Below are positions 1 to 8,936 of a DNA stretch of 64,000 nucleotides, one piece after another. The first letter of the stretch is position 1; each line of letters opens with the position of its first letter. The notes below the pieces were generated by a model. The model had not been told where the DNA came from and did not search any database. It saw only the letters and a list, made by a program, of their open reading frames with translations. Origin of the DNA: a virus; the IMG/VR virus record IMGVR_UViG_3300032313_000518, positions 32,001 through 96,000 of that record; one strand, written 5' to 3'. A program made the position numbers and the translations under genes.

Positions 1-132
1 GGATATACCGAATCAACTATCAAAAGAGCATTCGGAGAAGAGGAATACAATCACACCGAAGATGAGTTACGATTCAGAGAATTTTTAGAAATAATCAATG
101 TTTACACCGGTTCACTAATAAACACAATATAA
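1..132 (+). CDS. 3' end of a hypothetical protein (partial)
   Basis: Frame 1 is open from the window edge (GYTESTIKRAFGEEEY...INTI*); its TAA overlaps the next ATG (TAATG). Confidence 0.7.
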   Translation, partial: GYTESTIKRAFGEEEYNHTEDELRFREFLEIINVYTGSLINTI

Positions 133-377
133 TGAACGAATTAGAAAGACAAATATTATCATCACAAATTTTAGTAGAATCGTTGGCAGATATACTAATC
201 CAAAAAGGAATTATGACTCAAGCTGAAATTCAAGAGTTATGCCAAGAAAGAGTTGATTCACTAACTTCAGAATTAAAGAGGGAACAAAAGAAGCAAGTAA
301 AGAAAACAAAAACAAAACAATCCGATTCAGAGATACTTACATCAATGTTTATGGGTAATCAAATTGGGGAAGCATAA
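132..377 (+). CDS. hypothetical protein
   Basis: 81-aa ORF translationally coupled to the upstream gene. Confidence 0.7.
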   Translation: MNELERQILSSQILVESLADILIQKGIMTQAEIQELCQERVDSLTSELKREQKKQVKKTKTKQSDSEILTSMFMGNQIGEA

Positions 378-392
378 AAACTTTCCCAATAA

Positions 393-424
393 TTTGGTTT
401 ATTCAAAATAATGTTGTATCTTTG
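393..424 (+). promoter_or_regulatory. Bacteroidota primary-sigma promoter (-33/-7)
   Basis: TTTG at 393-396, 20-nt spacer, TATCTTTG at 417-424; matches TTTG-N19-21-TAnnTTTG. Confidence 0.75.
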
Positions 425-445
425 TAAGATATAAACAAATAAATT

Positions 446-712
446 ATGATATTGTTATATACAATCCTAACAATCTCCATTCTATTGAATATCCTCCTTT
501 TTATAAGAGGAATGATATTAGTGAGACAAAACGAACAATTAGCAGATGCAGTTATCGAATCTGATAATGTGGTTGAAGAATCACAAGCAACATTAGAGAA
601 GATGTTAGAAGAGATGAGAACCCTTGATATAAAAGGTTCTTTTGAAGCAGATGATGAAGTAGGTACTGTATTTACGGAACTGAAAGAACTCATCCAAAAA
701 TATAAAAACTAA
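446..712 (+). CDS. small membrane-anchored coiled-coil protein
   Basis: N-terminal hydrophobic helix followed by an acidic helical region. Confidence 0.7.
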   Translation: MILLYTILTISILLNILLFIRGMILVRQNEQLADAVIESDNVVEESQATLEKMLEEMRTLDIKGSFEADDEVGTVFTELKELIQKYKN

Positions 713-720
713 TCTAATAG

Positions 721-1470
721 ATGCCAAGAAAGAAAAAAAGTAAAATATACTTTTCGCAAGATACCGAAAACGCAATTATAGAGTATAATAAATCAAAAGA
801 TTATGTAAGAAGAAATAGGATATATGTAGAAAGTATTCAGTATCCTTTTGAAAAGTTAGCAGAAAATATTCTAAACACATTTAAGTTCACATACTTCGAT
901 GTACCTAAAGCAGATGTTCAAAGAGAGGTGGTATCTACTCTAATTGAAAAAATACATATGTTCAAAGAAGGACGGGGTAAAGCGTTCTCTTACTTTAGTA
1001 TTGTTGCTAAGAACCACTTAATCTTAAAGAACAACGGAAACTATAAAAGGTTTAAGAAAACTGCTTTATTATCCGAAATGCCGGAGACTTGGAATCCACC
1101 AAATGATTTTGAAGAAACTCAAGCAGGTGCAGAGTTTATGGAGTTCAGAGATTTAATGTTGGCTTATTGGGATAAACATCTAACAAGAGTATTCACAAAG
1201 AAAAGAGATATCCAAATTGCAGATGCAGTATTAGAACTATTCCGTAGAAGTCAATACATCGAAAACTTTAATAAGAAACATCTATATCTCCTTATTAGAG
1301 AAATGACAGATTGTAAGACACACTACATTACAAAAGTGGTAAACGAAATGAAGAAACATCAGACAAAGATGTTAAATGATTACTTAGACCACGGATATGT
1401 AAAGGATGAGAATAACGATTTTTGGGAAGAGGAATATTTATATGAAACGGAACAAATAGACGAAGATTAA
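721..1470 (+). CDS. phage RNA polymerase sigma factor, probably late (gp55-like)
   Basis: Sigma region-2-like segment KIHMFKEGRGKAFSYFSIVAKNHLI; basic N-terminus followed by YFS; acidic tail; downstream of a host-type promoter. Confidence 0.65.
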   Translation: MPRKKKSKIYFSQDTENAIIEYNKSKDYVRRNRIYVESIQYPFEKLAENILNTFKFTYFDVPKADVQREVVSTLIEKIHMFKEGRGKAFSYFSIVAKNHLILKNNGNYKRFKKTALLSEMPETWNPPNDFEETQAGAEFMEFRDLMLAYWDKHLTRVFTKKRDIQIADAVLELFRRSQYIENFNKKHLYLLIREMTDCKTHYITKVVNEMKKHQTKMLNDYLDHGYVKDENNDFWEEEYLYETEQIDED

Positions 1471-1472
1471 AA

Positions 1473-1844
1473 ATGGAAGATATAGCATCAATGTTTTTTC
1501 ACAGTAGAACACAAGCACACGAATTTCATACGAAAGTAACTGGACCTGGTTCTCTTGCTATACATAACGCATTACAACAATATTACGAAGATGTAGTACC
1601 ATTAATAGATGGAATAATAGAAGCATATCAGGGTATGTATGGTTTAATTTCTTACAAAAAAGTTGCAGGTGTTGATAATGATGCTACTAAAGAAAACATA
1701 TTAAATTATTTTGATGATTTGATTAAGTTTTTGGAAACAAAAAGAAAAGATGAAAAACTACAAGTAAGTTGGATTCAGAATGAGTTGGATAATTTAGCAA
1801 AACTCTTATACTCAACTAAATATAAACTAACTTATTTAGGATAA
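1473..1844 (+). CDS. Dps/ferritin-like protein
   Basis: AHEFHTKVTGPGSLAIHNALQQYYE..DGIIEAYQG mirrors the Dps HWNVxG..xHxxxExxY..DxxAE ferroxidase pattern. Confidence 0.7.
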   Translation: MEDIASMFFHSRTQAHEFHTKVTGPGSLAIHNALQQYYEDVVPLIDGIIEAYQGMYGLISYKKVAGVDNDATKENILNYFDDLIKFLETKRKDEKLQVSWIQNELDNLAKLLYSTKYKLTYLG

Positions 1845-1870
1845 TAAAAAAATAAGAAATTACTAAAATT

Positions 1871-1906
1871 AAGGTGTTTGATATTTATATTCGGACACCT
1901 TTTTTT
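1871..1906 (+). terminator. rho-independent terminator with the late-promoter motif in its loop
   Basis: Stem AAGGTGTTTGA/TCGGACACCTT, loop TATTTATAT, then a T-run. Confidence 0.7.
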
Positions 1907-1963
1907 ATGTCCAACTAATATGTTATAGAATTAAAAATTAAACTGGGGTCAATACCTATTTTT

Positions 1964-2632
1964 ATGAAAAATAATGTAACATCAATTGGTTCAAACATTA
2001 GTGAGTTAGGTACTAACTTTCTATTGTTCATCGTATCTTCTATTGTAGCAATAGGATTATGTACTCAAGCATATTTTGTGTATCTTAACGTTTCTGGTAA
2101 CAATGAAACTGCAAAAAACTTATCAACTAAATTTGATGAGAAGTTTAATGGATATTACAAAAACACACCTGGTAATATATTCTATAATGATGATAGTATA
2201 TACTATATGGAAGAAAATGAAGTGTGGGTTGATGGTGTAACTAATCAGGTTAAGATTGGTAAGTTAGCCGGAAATCGTAATTTAGAATTTGGAGTTAAAA
2301 ACATATTAGAAGAATATATCCAAGAAACAGGATATGCTCTTACTGAAAACGCAAGTAAAAAAATTAAAGTTGAGATAATCTATTTAGATGTACTCACAAC
2401 AAAAAAGAACATATCGGTTTTTCATAGTAATGAAGAAGAGGTAGTTATTCGTTTACGTGGAATGTTATATAAAGATGGTAAAAAAGTGAAAGATGTTATA
2501 GTGGAGGAATCATCATCGGAAGTATCAATGTCAACGCTGATAGTAGACGGTGGTGGTAAGTTCAATCAAACTTCTTTAAGCAATGCGCTGAAGAAAGGTT
2601 CTGGTAAACTTATTACTAAACTATTTCAGTAA
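1964..2632 (+). CDS. membrane-anchored CsgG/FlgO-like envelope protein
   Basis: N-terminal TM helix; alpha/beta pattern NLEFGVKNILEEYIQE..KIKVEIIYLD..FNQTSLSNALKK resembles the protein at 8937 (FNQSTIGTSTKKAL). Confidence 0.5.
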   Translation: MKNNVTSIGSNISELGTNFLLFIVSSIVAIGLCTQAYFVYLNVSGNNETAKNLSTKFDEKFNGYYKNTPGNIFYNDDSIYYMEENEVWVDGVTNQVKIGKLAGNRNLEFGVKNILEEYIQETGYALTENASKKIKVEIIYLDVLTTKKNISVFHSNEEEVVIRLRGMLYKDGKKVKDVIVEESSSEVSMSTLIVDGGGKFNQTSLSNALKKGSGKLITKLFQ

Positions 2633-4255
2633 ATGAAAAATTTCTTATTGGCTCTGGTACTATCACTAGTATCATTAACATCTTTTGGTCAATTAATCAT
2701 TAACCAAGAGGTAACTAACTCTAAACCTTATAGAGTTGGTGATACACTAACGGTAAGGTATAACGTTATTAAAGGAACTACAAACCCTAGATTTCTTTGG
2801 ATGCGTTATCAATACTCAAACAAACACCTACAAAAATTAGGTAATACTGTATTCTCACAAGGAGCAACTGCACAAAATTTTGAAGCAACTTGGCCCAACT
2901 ATATGTTCACACAAAACCCAGCAATTGGAGTTGGTGAATTGGATAAACAATATGGTTCAACCCCTTGGAACTATACCGCAAACAATGATTGGATAGCGAA
3001 GCAATTTACAACACAAAGAGCAGATGCGGTAATTGATGGTTTGTGGGCAACTGAAAAGTACATCTTATTAGAAAACTCAACATATCAAGCAATACACAAA
3101 TTGGATTTAGCAACTGCAAATGGAACAAACGATGCGGCAATTACACCAATTGGTTCTCAAGTTCTTCAATTATCATTTGCTGATGCAGATGTAAAGCACG
3201 TATCGGCATTTAGAGTAAGAGTTGGATATCCAGCTAACTTTCCAATTACTTCATTATCAGTATTAATCCAACCATTAAACACAGATGGAACTACCAATTT
3301 TACTGCTCCACAAATAGCAAAGAAATCATTAAACTCAGCAGGAATTGCAGATTTTGAACAATTTAATATTGGTGATAAATTTGGTGTATATATTGTTCCA
3401 ACTACTGGAGCAGATTATCTAAACAATGTAATAACTGTTACCGATGCTTATAGAGCATTTTTAGCAGTAACCGATGTTGGATTAAATGGAACATCATCCG
3501 TATTTCAATATCCTGCAATTGAAAAAATGATTGGTAATGTAACAATTGGAGATGGTGATTTTAACAACAACGATGCTTACTATTTATTTGCACATATTTT
3601 AGGACAAGATGTGACAGCAAAAGCAAACATAACTAAACAAAGTGCAAATCCATTACGATTTATATCAGTAAAACAATCAGTATATCCTACTATTACAAAT
3701 GCAGCAACTAACAATTCAGTAAACATAACATCTGCAAATCAAACTGAAATATTCTCTTATGCATTTAGTGGTGATTTGGACTTCTCTCATTCATCTAACC
3801 CAGCTATACCAATAACAAATAGTGTAGGTGGGCAAGGAACAATGAATAGAACGATAACTAATAAAGGAATATATTCAAATCAATTAGCTGGAAATGCAAC
3901 ATTAAGTTTATCATCTAAAATTGAAAACAACAAAGTTATCCTAAGTGGTAACTTAACGCAAGCTGGATTAGCAGGTTTGGAAGTTATTTTGAAATATGAT
4001 AATTCTAAATTAACTTTGGATGGTATTGTATTTGATGCGGGTTCATCTATAACTAACTTCTCAACGGATAAAGATGGTAGATTAACGTTTGGTTCAATGG
4101 ACCAAATTAAAACTGCTAGAATCAAAACGGGTACACCATACAAATTAACTTTCACATCCAATGTTCCCTTAACAAATACTGCAGGTTTATTTTATACTGA
4201 ATTAGCAGATGCAGTTGATGGAAACGGAAATAAGATTGGATTAAATGTAGAGTAA
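2633..4255 (+). CDS. secreted protein with cohesin-like, dockerin-like and cohesin-like domains
   Basis: Signal peptide; VGDTLTVRY..RYQYSNKHL; dockerin-like ITVTDAY..GNVTIGDGDFNNNDAYYLFAHILG..GDLDFSHS; C-terminal LAGLEVILKYDNSKL cohesin pattern. Confidence 0.6.
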   Translation: MKNFLLALVLSLVSLTSFGQLIINQEVTNSKPYRVGDTLTVRYNVIKGTTNPRFLWMRYQYSNKHLQKLGNTVFSQGATAQNFEATWPNYMFTQNPAIGVGELDKQYGSTPWNYTANNDWIAKQFTTQRADAVIDGLWATEKYILLENSTYQAIHKLDLATANGTNDAAITPIGSQVLQLSFADADVKHVSAFRVRVGYPANFPITSLSVLIQPLNTDGTTNFTAPQIAKKSLNSAGIADFEQFNIGDKFGVYIVPTTGADYLNNVITVTDAYRAFLAVTDVGLNGTSSVFQYPAIEKMIGNVTIGDGDFNNNDAYYLFAHILGQDVTAKANITKQSANPLRFISVKQSVYPTITNAATNNSVNITSANQTEIFSYAFSGDLDFSHSSNPAIPITNSVGGQGTMNRTITNKGIYSNQLAGNATLSLSSKIENNKVILSGNLTQAGLAGLEVILKYDNSKLTLDGIVFDAGSSITNFSTDKDGRLTFGSMDQIKTARIKTGTPYKLTFTSNVPLTNTAGLFYTELADAVDGNGNKIGLNVE

Positions 4256-6189
4256 TGAGAAAACTGCTTGTTGTAATATTAATATTATTATCCAGTAGTA
4301 TATCCATAGCACAATCCATTACACAACCAACCGCTAGAAAGTTTGAATTAAACCTAAGTGGGCAGGCGTGTAGTGGATTTGTTTTGAATGGATTTACTTC
4401 TACTGATATTTTGTTGGCATCCATAGGGTTTATTAATCCACCAGCAGGTACAACATTCAATTTAACCACAACAACGGGATTATCACCCGCATCTGGATTT
4501 ACTTTAAGTGGTAATAAAAGTAAATTAGTTTTTACGGGTACAATGGCAAACATAAACAATGCATTGGCAACCTTAAAAATAAATACGGGTGCAACTGCGG
4601 GTAGTGTTCAGGTATCCGTATCAGCAACTATAAATCCAACTGGGTTTTATTATAATCCAATAAACGGACACTTTTACAAACCTGTAACAACCGGTGTTAC
4701 CTATACTGCAGCTAGAGCGGCAGCATTAACAACAACATTCAAAGGACAAACAGGATATTTGGTAACAATTACTTCTGCTGATGAAAATTCTTTTATATTT
4801 GTTAATGTACCACAAGCTAACATATGGTTTGCGGCAACGGATGAAGTAACGGATGGAACTTGGGTAATCGATGCAGGACCTGAAAAAGGAACTGTAATGA
4901 AAACATCGAATGGGCAAACTGCCGGAAACAGACCTGGTGTATATAACAACTGGGCAGGTGGTGAACCCAATGGATACAATCATAGTGAGGATTATGCAGT
5001 AACTAATTGGAATGGGCAATCAACTTGGAATGATTTATCAAATAATTGGAGTAACCCATACATAATTGAATATGGAACTTGGACTAATCCAGATTCACAA
5101 ACATTTACTGATTTTTATTCAGCAAACGTAATAAACCCCATAGACGTACCATCATCAAAAGTTAATTTTTATTTTGGTGGTAATATAAATCCATCACAAT
5201 GGTCTATAAAAGCATATACTGCAAATGGTGTAACTCCTGTTAGTACAACTACTGGTTTAACTTTGGGTGCAAATGGCAGTGTGGTTAATACAACGGATTT
5301 TGTTAAATCTAAAACTGATATGGTACTATATTTATCAAAACTACCATCCGCCACTTTAACAAGTCTATATGGTAGTGTATTAACTGTTGGTGATGCGTAT
5401 TTGGCATTTCAAGAGTTATCTGATAGAGGATTAACTGGAACTGAAAGTAAAGCATTTACAAGTGGAGTACAATTTTTAAATGGAGATGTAGATGGTAACA
5501 ATGTATTTAATGAAATAGATTCCTACAAAATATTACAACACGTTATAGGTAGTACACCAATTGTTTCTACTTGGAGTGAAAGTAATTTATTTAGATTTGT
5601 AAAAAAATCTACATTCGATGGTATAACTAAAGCAAATTGGGCAACAACCAATACACCATATTCAGCAATTTATCCTTTGGCAGTTAATGCAACTATAAAT
5701 GATTATGTGTACGATGTGGTGGTGGCATTAAAGGGTGATGTAAACCTTTCACATACAGTAGCACAAAATAGACCTACTACTCAAAGTACAAATCGTACAA
5801 TGAATTTAAGTATGCCTATGGAAGTATCAACCTATGTATCAAGCGAAATAGTGGATGGTAAGGTAGTAGTAACTATAAAAGTTAATACATTGGGGCAATT
5901 GGTAAAAGGGATTCAATTAAAGTTAAACTATGATAGTGATATTTTAAAATATGAAAATACCGAATATACAACTTCTGGTAATCCTTTAAACTTTTCAAAT
6001 GATATTGGCAACTGCATAAGTTTTGGTTCTTTAATTTATAATAGTAATGGTTTATTAAACAATAATACGGAATACAAATTAACATTTACACCAAAAGAAG
6101 TCATAACTAATACAATTGGTTTAACATCAATTGAGGGAATTGATGCGGTAAATGTGAGTGGTTCAACTCTTAAAATTAAAAACTTATAA
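4255..6189 (+). CDS. secreted C-type lectin + dockerin + cohesin protein
   Basis: Signal peptide; C-type lectin GYLVTITSADENSFI..IWFAATD..YNNWAGGEPN..EDY..WND; dockerin GDVDGNNVFNEIDSYKILQHVIG; cohesin VKGIQLKLNYDSDIL. Confidence 0.75.
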   Translation: MRKLLVVILILLSSSISIAQSITQPTARKFELNLSGQACSGFVLNGFTSTDILLASIGFINPPAGTTFNLTTTTGLSPASGFTLSGNKSKLVFTGTMANINNALATLKINTGATAGSVQVSVSATINPTGFYYNPINGHFYKPVTTGVTYTAARAAALTTTFKGQTGYLVTITSADENSFIFVNVPQANIWFAATDEVTDGTWVIDAGPEKGTVMKTSNGQTAGNRPGVYNNWAGGEPNGYNHSEDYAVTNWNGQSTWNDLSNNWSNPYIIEYGTWTNPDSQTFTDFYSANVINPIDVPSSKVNFYFGGNINPSQWSIKAYTANGVTPVSTTTGLTLGANGSVVNTTDFVKSKTDMVLYLSKLPSATLTSLYGSVLTVGDAYLAFQELSDRGLTGTESKAFTSGVQFLNGDVDGNNVFNEIDSYKILQHVIGSTPIVSTWSESNLFRFVKKSTFDGITKANWATTNTPYSAIYPLAVNATINDYVYDVVVALKGDVNLSHTVAQNRPTTQSTNRTMNLSMPMEVSTYVSSEIVDGKVVVTIKVNTLGQLVKGIQLKLNYDSDILKYENTEYTTSGNPLNFSNDIGNCISFGSLIYNSNGLLNNNTEYKLTFTPKEVITNTIGLTSIEGIDAVNVSGSTLKIKNL

Positions 6190-7088
6190 TGAAAAAGTTT
6201 ATAATTACTCTTATCTTTATACTTACAGTACAAATGTGGGGATATTCTCAAACTGTATCAATACCGGATACTATGCAACTATCCGCAAAGGAATTATTTG
6301 ATGAAAGCGATGATTGGAATGATTTGGGTATATTAGAATCTTATATTGATTTTTCAAAAGATGTTCTATCATCATCTAATCTATCAGTTGGTATAATTGG
6401 AAGGCAAGTATCAACTACTATAAATTTAGGATATAGTAAGTGGTCTAAAAATGGTATGTATGGGCATTCATTTTCAACATCAATAAATCCAATATGGAAA
6501 TACTATGGGTTGGGTTATGGATTTAGTAAAAATACGGATAAAAGAACAACAACTTTACAATCATTTTATTCAACCGATTTTGATTTTCAAAAAGATATTA
6601 ACCTTTCATTCATAGATGTTTATAGAACTAAAAAGTGGGGAACATTTGGATATAGTTTAATAGCATCAAAAACATATTGGGGTTCTTATGAGGGAGAGTG
6701 GGAAGGAAAATATACAGTAGATTCGGATGGCAACTTTTTGGATTTGATATATCCAACAATTCCTGCATCATCTCAATTAACTTATAAAGGAATGTTGATG
6801 TACACTTATACATTTAAAACAAAGATGGTTGATATATCGCCACAACTATTTGGTATGAGTGATGTTTATGTAGATTTTAAAGATGGTACTGAATCTGATT
6901 TGGCTTATGTAAATGATTTCAATTTAGACTTGTATTATGGTACATCTTTGGATTGGAAACTAACTAAAAGATTCGTATTGAATACTAACATTAGATTTAA
7001 TAAGACTTGGGATAAATTATCAAAATCCGTTGGTTATAAAAAGAGTAACCCAATAATGTTTATGATTGGAACAAACTTTCAATTTTAA
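6189..7088 (+). CDS. outer-membrane beta-barrel protein
   Basis: Signal peptide, amphipathic aromatic strands, C-terminal Phe (MIGTNFQF); similar to the C-terminal domain of 17936-19546. Confidence 0.65.
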   Translation: MKKFIITLIFILTVQMWGYSQTVSIPDTMQLSAKELFDESDDWNDLGILESYIDFSKDVLSSSNLSVGIIGRQVSTTINLGYSKWSKNGMYGHSFSTSINPIWKYYGLGYGFSKNTDKRTTTLQSFYSTDFDFQKDINLSFIDVYRTKKWGTFGYSLIASKTYWGSYEGEWEGKYTVDSDGNFLDLIYPTIPASSQLTYKGMLMYTYTFKTKMVDISPQLFGMSDVYVDFKDGTESDLAYVNDFNLDLYYGTSLDWKLTKRFVLNTNIRFNKTWDKLSKSVGYKKSNPIMFMIGTNFQF

Positions 7089-7091
7089 GGT

Positions 7092-7436
7092 ATGAAGTGG
7101 AGTAAAATTATAATTTGGTGTTGTGTACTTTCTATAATATCTTGTCAAAATGAATATATAGTAGAACCACAAATAATTGATATTTTTAAAGTAGAACAAT
7201 CTACTCTATCAAATAAAAGTGAAATTAGTTTTAATGTGCAAAAGGAAGGGATATACATTGTAACTATGGTAGATAAAAATACCAATCAAGTTCTAAGTAG
7301 AGAAAAAATAAAATGTATTATAGGTAAAAATAAAATAAAGGTTTATACGAAAACAATACCAAGTCAATATTTATATTTGACATTGGAAGATAGTTTTGAT
7401 AATCAGTTAGGAAAAACAACAATAACAATAAAATAA
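7092..7436 (+). CDS. lipoprotein consisting of a T9SS C-terminal-domain-like fold
   Basis: Lipobox IISC; GIYIVTMVD..GKNKIKVYTKTIPSQYLYLTL..LGKTTITIK; paralog of the next ORF. Confidence 0.55.
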   Translation: MKWSKIIIWCCVLSIISCQNEYIVEPQIIDIFKVEQSTLSNKSEISFNVQKEGIYIVTMVDKNTNQVLSREKIKCIIGKNKIKVYTKTIPSQYLYLTLEDSFDNQLGKTTITIK

Positions 7437-7438
7437 AG

Positions 7439-7810
7439 ATGAAAAAAGTATTAGGATTATTAGCAATGATTTGCATAGTTGCAAGTTGTACCAATGAAGA
7501 TTTGTTAGTACCAACAACAACGGAAGTAACTGAAAAATTACAAATAGTTGGCAATATGGGTATTAAAGTAGAAACTCCATTTGTAAAAAATGAAGTTGCT
7601 ATGAATGTAAAAGCTGAAACTGCTGGAACATATGTAGTAAAGATATTAAACATAGCAAACAAATCAGTATCAAAAGAAGAAGTAACTATAAAAGCTGGTA
7701 ACAATCTATTAAAGATTTATGCAAACGCTTTACCATCTTCAGCATATAGAATTGGTCTATTCGATTTAGAAGGAAACTTACTTGGGATAGCAGATTTTAA
7801 CAAGTTATAA
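7439..7810 (+). CDS. lipoprotein consisting of a T9SS C-terminal-domain-like fold
   Basis: Lipobox VASC; TPF..GTYVVKILNIANKSV..IKAGNNLLKIYANALPSSAYRIGL..FNKL resembles the type A Por secretion tail. Confidence 0.6.
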   Translation: MKKVLGLLAMICIVASCTNEDLLVPTTTEVTEKLQIVGNMGIKVETPFVKNEVAMNVKAETAGTYVVKILNIANKSVSKEEVTIKAGNNLLKIYANALPSSAYRIGLFDLEGNLLGIADFNKL

Positions 7811-7837
7811 TTAAAACAAATATAAATAAAGAATAAA

Positions 7838-8164
7838 ATGTCAGAGGAAACAGAAAACTCAGGAGGCGGTTCATTAAAGAGTATTTTAATTGGACTTGCT
7901 AGCACAGTCGCATTGGGAGTTGGTGGTTATGTAACCAAACAACTAACAGGTGAAAAAGATGAGCCGGCAGCTGCAACATCAGCACCAGCACCGGTAATCA
8001 ACATTACCAATTCACAAACGCAACAACAATCTGCTGGTGGTAAAACTATAATCATCAACAAAGGTGGTAATGGAAACGGAGCAGCAGCGCCAGCAGCAGC
8101 ACCAACTCCTAAACCAAAGAAAAAAGAAGGAGACGAGTTCAAAGAAGAAAAACCACAATGGTAA
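7838..8164 (+). CDS. single-TM protein with a Pro/Ala-rich tail
   Basis: One hydrophobic segment, low-complexity linker, C-terminal KPQW. Confidence 0.7.
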   Translation: MSEETENSGGGSLKSILIGLASTVALGVGGYVTKQLTGEKDEPAAATSAPAPVINITNSQTQQQSAGGKTIIINKGGNGNGAAAPAAAPTPKPKKKEGDEFKEEKPQW

Positions 8165-8170
8165 TATAGT

Positions 8171-8506
8171 ATGGAGAATCAACAACCGGATGGATTTAAG
8201 CAACTCTTAAATCAAATGATGAAACGCAGGTGGTTAATTACATTAATTGTGTTAATTACTTTTATGTTTACTACATTTGGAATTATGATTTCTATTCATA
8301 TAGATACGGCTGTTGGACAAGAATGGAAAGAATTATTATTACTTTTATTAGGGGCATTTATTGGTTCTTATGGTAAGATTATAGATTACTGGTTTTCTGA
8401 TACTGATAAAGATAAGATGTTAGTTCAGAAAATGGATGAAGAAGATGGAGTATCTCTTTCAAATACCGGTGGAGCAGCAGAATCATCGGAAGAAGAATTA
8501 GGTTAA
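8171..8506 (+). CDS. two-TM membrane protein (holin-like)
   Basis: Two TM helices, KIIDYWFS motif, acidic tail ending EEELG. Confidence 0.55.
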   Translation: MENQQPDGFKQLLNQMMKRRWLITLIVLITFMFTTFGIMISIHIDTAVGQEWKELLLLLLGAFIGSYGKIIDYWFSDTDKDKMLVQKMDEEDGVSLSNTGGAAESSEEELG

Positions 8507-8580
8507 ATTTTATAATAATAAGTTACACCCAAATACGTTTTAATAATTGGTTATATTAAATAACAATTAAATAAAAGATT

Positions 8581-8868
8581 ATGGGATTTTTTAAAGAATT
8601 ATTCAGCGATGACAATCAAATAAATGAGAAATCGGTAGTTGGATTCGCATCATTCGCAGTAATGGTAATATGTATCGCTGTTGATTTAGTAACCGGATAT
8701 ATTGGAAAAGAATTAGTGATTAACGAATATGTGTTTAACGCATTTCTAACACTAACATTGGGTTCATTCGGTATTGGTTCAGTTGATAAGTTTATCAACA
8801 AAAAAGCTGAAAATGATAAAGCTAAAATTGAAGCAGATAGTTCATCCGATGAGGAAGAGTTAGGATAG
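8581..8868 (+). CDS. two-TM membrane protein (holin-like)
   Basis: Two TM helices, GSFGIGSVDKF, acidic tail ending EEELG. Confidence 0.55.
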   Translation: MGFFKELFSDDNQINEKSVVGFASFAVMVICIAVDLVTGYIGKELVINEYVFNAFLTLTLGSFGIGSVDKFINKKAENDKAKIEADSSSDEEELG

Positions 8869-8871
8869 TAC

Positions 8872-8904
8872 AAAAGGGAGAAAGTTTTTTTCTCCCTTTT
8901 TTTT
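8872..8904 (+). terminator. rho-independent terminator
   Basis: AAAAGGGAGAAA / TTTCTCCCTTTT stem plus T-run, directly followed by TATTTATA. Confidence 0.8.
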
Positions 8905-8905
8905 A

Positions 8906-8913
8906 TATTTATA
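8906..8913 (+). promoter_or_regulatory. putative late promoter TATTTATA
   Basis: 23 nt before the CsgG-like ATG. Confidence 0.65.
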
Positions 8914-8936
8914 CATAAACAAAAACAAAATTATGT

